Below, one piece after another: positions 59,913 to 64,000 of a DNA stretch of 64,000 nucleotides. Below the pieces are notes generated by a model that worked only from the letters and a program-made list of their open reading frames with translations, was not told the DNA's origin and searched no databases. This DNA is from Gammaproteobacteria bacterium. Its GTDB lineage: Bacteria; Pseudomonadota; Gammaproteobacteria; CAJXQU01. Each line of letters starts with the position of its first letter. Position 1 is the stretch's first letter. The stretch is taken from the NCBI GenBank assembly GCA_965238175.1, contig CBDEGZ010000003.1:320001-384000 (forward strand), given 5' to 3'. The position numbers and the translations under genes are program-made.

Positions 59913-62807
59913 TTAGAATTTCAGCATATTTTTTAATTTATCTTTCACCAAATCTTCAGGTTTTTTCTTTTCTTCTTTTGGTGCAGGTGCATCTGTAGCA
60001 GAATCCGTTACCGTAGCTGACTCGTCACCTTTGATACCTAAAAGCTTGTTTAGTTTAGACCCAACTTTAGCTTTTACTTTGTCCTTTTGTTTTTCAAGTT
60101 CCTGATCTACTTTAGCTTGCAACACCCCTCCAAAATCTGGCCTATATTTCAAATCTGAAAACGTGCCGGAAACCCGCACAGGAATATCAATCCCTTTTAG
60201 CTCAGATAAGTCCTCACCACCTTGACCTTTACCTGAGCCAACCACCGTCGCCTTTACACCGTAATCTACAGCTTCACTAGCCAAGTTTGCAGTACCGGCG
60301 CCAGTGATACGTAGAAACGGTGATTTCAACAAGAAATCTTGATTTGAGACTAGTCCATTTTTAATCACGGTTGTCGCGCTTAATTCGCTGAAGTCTGTTT
60401 TAACTGGGCCATCTTCCGCAGCCAATGACTTACCGGTTAATTTCGCTTTTCCTTCACGAATAATCTTGGCAACGTTGACACCTAAAAGTGCTCCATCCGT
60501 AAATTTCAGATCGGTGGTTCCACTGATGGTTTTTTTGATCGCATCTGCTCCCGCTCCAACAGCATTGATGTTGATGTTACCGATCAGAGTTCCATCAATT
60601 TTCGAATCGCCTGCTAAGTCGGTCATCATCGGTGCAACTTGTACTCCATTAAGCGCGCTGACTGCTTTTATAACCGGTTGGTTACCTGTCGCATCAAGAT
60701 TGACACTTCCGTTATAGCTTCCCTGATAGAGGTTCGCCTGAGTCGGATTCAAATTGATTTTGCCACCCTTTGCATCCAAACCCAGCTTGACGTTTTTCAA
60801 TTTTGCATTCGAAATAATCAAACTACCAATATTCAATGTACCTTTCGCATTTAATTTTCTCAGGGTATCCATCGGTAGATCCGTCGCTGCTGCGGTCGCG
60901 GTTTCCGGTGTTGCTGGTACAGCTGCTTTTTGACCTTCACTGGTCGGAGCCATGTATCGATCTGCATTAATCGAATCAATATTAATATTGAAAGTCGGCG
61001 CTGGATTACTGAAATTGACGACCGCTAAATCACCACTAATATTCGTTTCATCAAGCTTCATCGCAATTCCTTTCAAACTGACCGAATTTTTAGTTGCAGC
61101 AAAATTGGTATTAAGACCAAAGTTAGATAACACTTTTAGATCCGCTGTTACTGGCGCTTCGATATTCATCTGACTCATCAACTGGCGCAAATTAAATGGT
61201 GCAATTTTTAGATTGCCATTCAAGTTCGGACTTTTGATAATTTGCGTTCCATTGACTGCTCCCTGTATATCAAGCCCCATGCCACTAACTGCAAAGTTTT
61301 GTACGTTAAGTGTTTCTTTGGCCAGATTAACATCGGCAGTAGTACTCAATGTGACATCCACTGGACTGTTGGGAATTTGATCACCTGCCAACGTTGCTTT
61401 CGCATTGAGATTTTCAACCTTCATGCTATCAGCTGTACTGGTCAATTTAGTATCGGCAATGAAACTTTTGATCGGCATTGATGCATCCTGACCAAGCGCC
61501 GCTAATAATGTTGGGACATCTTCAGCCTTAATACTCAAGTCCCCATCCAACAATGGAATCGGTGACAAGATCTTATTCGCCTTGATATTTCCATCAATGC
61601 TAGTACCTAAACCTTTAAAGGAAAGTTCCGTAAAATTAGCTGACTCATTAGCAAGATTCACATCACCTTTAACGCTTAAATTAACATTTTCAGCTTGCTC
61701 AAACAGACCACCTTCTAAAGTTGCATCAGCAAGCAATTTTTCAAATGTCATACTGTCTTTACTACTTGAGAACTGCGCATTAGCATTCAATTTTTTCAAT
61801 GGGATCTTTTCAGGATCTTGACCTAAGGCTTTAAGAAGATCAGGAATCGATTGCGCATCAATTTTGATGTTGCCGTTCGCTAATGGAATTTTATCGAAGA
61901 TATTGGTTGCATCAATATCACCTGAAATCTTAGTACCTAGGGCATCAAGATCAAGCCCTGTAACACTGGCAGTTCCAGTGTTTAAATCAGCTTGAGCTGA
62001 TGAGGCTTGCAGCTTAATATCAGCCGCGCCACCTGGGATCCCCGTACCTTTCAAATTTGCACTAAAGTCGATCGGTTTTACACTGTATTTTTTACCATCG
62101 AGATCATATTCAACCGTTCCGTCAAGCATCACTGTCCCTGCTATACCTTCAGCCTCAGCATCCAACTCCAGTGACATTTCCAGATCGATCGGTTTATTAA
62201 GTTGCAAAGTACCTGTTTTTAAATTGAGGTTGCTAACTGCGTATTTTTTACCAAGACTTTGGTCATCCCATACTAAATTAACATTTTCAAGATCAATGCC
62301 ACCTATCGCCAGAGCGGCTAGATTTACCGCACTAGAATCTTCGTCTTTAGCTTCTGTTTTTGCTTCACCCGTCAGATCATCAAGATTAGTTTTACCTGAT
62401 TTATCTTTCCCAAGATTGAGATAGACATCTTTTAAAACCAGTGTGCTGATCTCAACATCGTCTATGATATTAGCCGTCGCCTTTTCTTTGTCTGTAATGA
62501 ATCCAGGCAAAGCTTTCAAGATAGGCATTATTTTAACGCTGACACTAGCTTTACCACTTTTAAGCATTGGCTGATCACCAAACCCCGGCGCATTTCCGAG
62601 AGTAACCTCACCTATGTCCACACCCAATGCAGGAAACTTAGACATCTTCAAATCACCAGAGATTGTCAAATCTCTTCCGGTATGCTTTTTCACTTGTCTA
62701 ACAATCGTTTCTTTATGATCATTCGGATCAACAAACAACGGTACCGCTATCAATGTGACAACCACGAGAATGACAATCAATCCAATAGCAAATAACAACT
62801 TTTTCAT
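59913..62807 (-). CDS. asmA: AsmA-family protein, elongated (964 aa)
   Basis: N-terminal TM + FVDPND..TGRDLTISG; C-terminal TDFSELSAT..NQDF.LKSPFLRITGAG; conserved asmA-mutY-yggX order. Confidence 0.88.
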   Translation of the reverse strand: MKKLLFAIGLIVILVVVTLIAVPLFVDPNDHKETIVRQVKKHTGRDLTISGDLKMSKFPALGVDIGEVTLGNAPGFGDQPMLKSGKASVSVKIMPILKALPGFITDKEKATANIIDDVEISTLVLKDVYLNLGKDKSGKTNLDDLTGEAKTEAKDEDSSAVNLAALAIGGIDLENVNLVWDDQSLGKKYAVSNLNLKTGTLQLNKPIDLEMSLELDAEAEGIAGTVMLDGTVEYDLDGKKYSVKPIDFSANLKGTGIPGGAADIKLQASSAQADLNTGTASVTGLDLDALGTKISGDIDATNIFDKIPLANGNIKIDAQSIPDLLKALGQDPEKIPLKKLNANAQFSSSKDSMTFEKLLADATLEGGLFEQAENVNLSVKGDVNLANESANFTELSFKGLGTSIDGNIKANKILSPIPLLDGDLSIKAEDVPTLLAALGQDASMPIKSFIADTKLTSTADSMKVENLNAKATLAGDQIPNSPVDVTLSTTADVNLAKETLNVQNFAVSGMGLDIQGAVNGTQIIKSPNLNGNLKIAPFNLRQLMSQMNIEAPVTADLKVLSNFGLNTNFAATKNSVSLKGIAMKLDETNISGDLAVVNFSNPAPTFNINIDSINADRYMAPTSEGQKAAVPATPETATAAATDLPMDTLRKLNAKGTLNIGSLIISNAKLKNVKLGLDAKGGKINLNPTQANLYQGSYNGSVNLDATGNQPVIKAVSALNGVQVAPMMTDLAGDSKIDGTLIGNININAVGAGADAIKKTISGTTDLKFTDGALLGVNVAKIIREGKAKLTGKSLAAEDGPVKTDFSELSATTVIKNGLVSNQDFLLKSPFLRITGAGTANLASEAVDYGVKATVVGSGKGQGGEDLSELKGIDIPVRVSGTFSDLKYRPDFGGVLQAKVDQELEKQKDKVKAKVGSKLNKLLGIKGDESATVTDSATDAPAPKEEKKKPEDLVKDKLKNMLKF

Positions 62808-62841
62808 TTTAGATTTCCCCTTCTAAACAAACTAAAAATTT

Positions 62842-64000
62842 TCATATACCTAATTTAACACGTGCTCGTTGTACCGCAGCACGTACCTGTACTGGTGCGG
62901 TACCACCAATATGATCCCGAACGGCAAGTGCACCTTCCAATGTCAATACATCATAAACATCTGACTCAATAACCGAAGAAAAATTTTGTAATTCTTCCAA
63001 CGACAAGTCAGCTATATCTTTACCTTGCTTCTCAGCCGCCGCAACGGTATTTCCGACAACCTCATGAGCATCGCGGAAAGCAATCCCTTTTCGAACTAAA
63101 TAATCTGCCAGATCTGTCGCCGTAGCAAAACCCTTGCTCGCCGCTGCACGCATGTTTTCTGCATTGACAGAAATCGCACCCGACATATCAGCGAATGCCT
63201 TAAGACTGCCACGAACCGTGTCTATACTGTCGAACAAAGGTTCTTTGTCTTCCTGGTTGTCTTTGTTGTAGGCCAGCGGTTGACCTTTCATCAAGGTCAA
63301 TAAGGCGATCAAATTACCATTCGTACGTCCGGTTTTACCACGTACAAGTTCGGGAACGTCCGGGTTTTTCTTTTGCGGCATGATCGATGAGCCGGTACAA
63401 AAAGCATCTCCAATCGAGGCAAAACTAAATTGTTGTGAACACCAAAGCACCAACTCTTCTGAAAAACGCGACAGGTGAGTCATGATTAATGCAGCGCAGG
63501 CATTAAACTCAATCGCAAAATCTCTATCACTTACCGCATCCAAAGAATTCTCCGCTATACCTTCGAATTCTAATAACTCTGCCGTCAGGTTTCGATCAAT
63601 CGGATAGCTTGTTCCGGCCAAAGCCGCAGCGCCTAATGGCATAACATTCACGCGTTTCCTGCAATCTGTAAGACGTCCTTGATCACGAAATAGCATTTCG
63701 ACCCAAGCCATCATATGGTGTCCAAAGGTGATTGGTTGCGCTGTTTGTAGATGAGTAAAACCAGGCATGACGGTTTCTGCTTCTTGTTCAGCCAGGGTGA
63801 TCAACCCGCGGATCAAACGCTCAAGTTCAGTTTTGATCTCGTCAATCTGATCTCGCAAAAATAATCGAATATCGGTTGCGACCTGATCATTTCTAGATCG
63901 CCCTGTGTGCAGTTTTTTACCAACATCACCGATCAAATCTGTCAATCGACGTTCGATGTTCATATGCACATCTTCCAGCGCAATCGACCATTCAAATTTG
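62842..64000 (-). CDS. argH: Argininosuccinate lyase (5' end outside the window)
   Basis: [29 protein letters not shown] signature. Confidence 0.97.
   Translation of the reverse strand, partial: KFEWSIALEDVHMNIERRLTDLIGDVGKKLHTGRSRNDQVATDIRLFLRDQIDEIKTELERLIRGLITLAEQEAETVMPGFTHLQTAQPITFGHHMMAWVEMLFRDQGRLTDCRKRVNVMPLGAAALAGTSYPIDRNLTAELLEFEGIAENSLDAVSDRDFAIEFNACAALIMTHLSRFSEELVLWCSQQFSFASIGDAFCTGSSIMPQKKNPDVPELVRGKTGRTNGNLIALLTLMKGQPLAYNKDNQEDKEPLFDSIDTVRGSLKAFADMSGAISVNAENMRAAASKGFATATDLADYLVRKGIAFRDAHEVVGNTVAAAEKQGKDIADLSLEELQNFSSVIESDVYDVLTLEGALAVRDHIGGTAPVQVRAAVQRARVKLGI

Overview
AT-rich gammaproteobacterial chromosome segment, plausibly from a marine methylotroph or methylamine user (inferred from the N-methylglutamate genes and a LutH-like TonB receptor). 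Left to right: a methylamine N-methylglutamate cluster (XRE-cupin regulator, mgsA, an inserted orphan NarL/LuxR-type HTH gene, mgsB, mgsC, gmaS, PuuB-like oxidoreductase); purC, yrfG, trmB-thiG-thiS, priA, mrcA; pilMNOPQ; an intact IS481 with no target-site duplication; a ~7.7 kb phage-satellite-like island at tRNA-Thr(UGU); birA-coaX, cysB, TonB receptor, HDOD/GGDEF, uup, rimO, pilT-pilU-pilU2, yggS-proC-yggT; integrase debris at tRNA-Phe; yggX-mutY-asmA-argH. The best candidate for an undescribed system is the island. It has a P4-type integrase, AlpA, a wHTH, a putative Rep with palindromic iterons, two proteins resembling podovirus DNA-ejection proteins and a terminase small subunit, but no capsid, portal, TerL, tail or primase. 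It may be a PICI-like satellite that brings its own DNA-injection machinery. Other signals: four ERIC-like MITEs (two with GGA-loop hairpins), a duplicated mrcA/pilM promoter block, a G10 tract in pilT and an internally repeated AsmA. All calls come from motif recognition by eye; no database searches were run.
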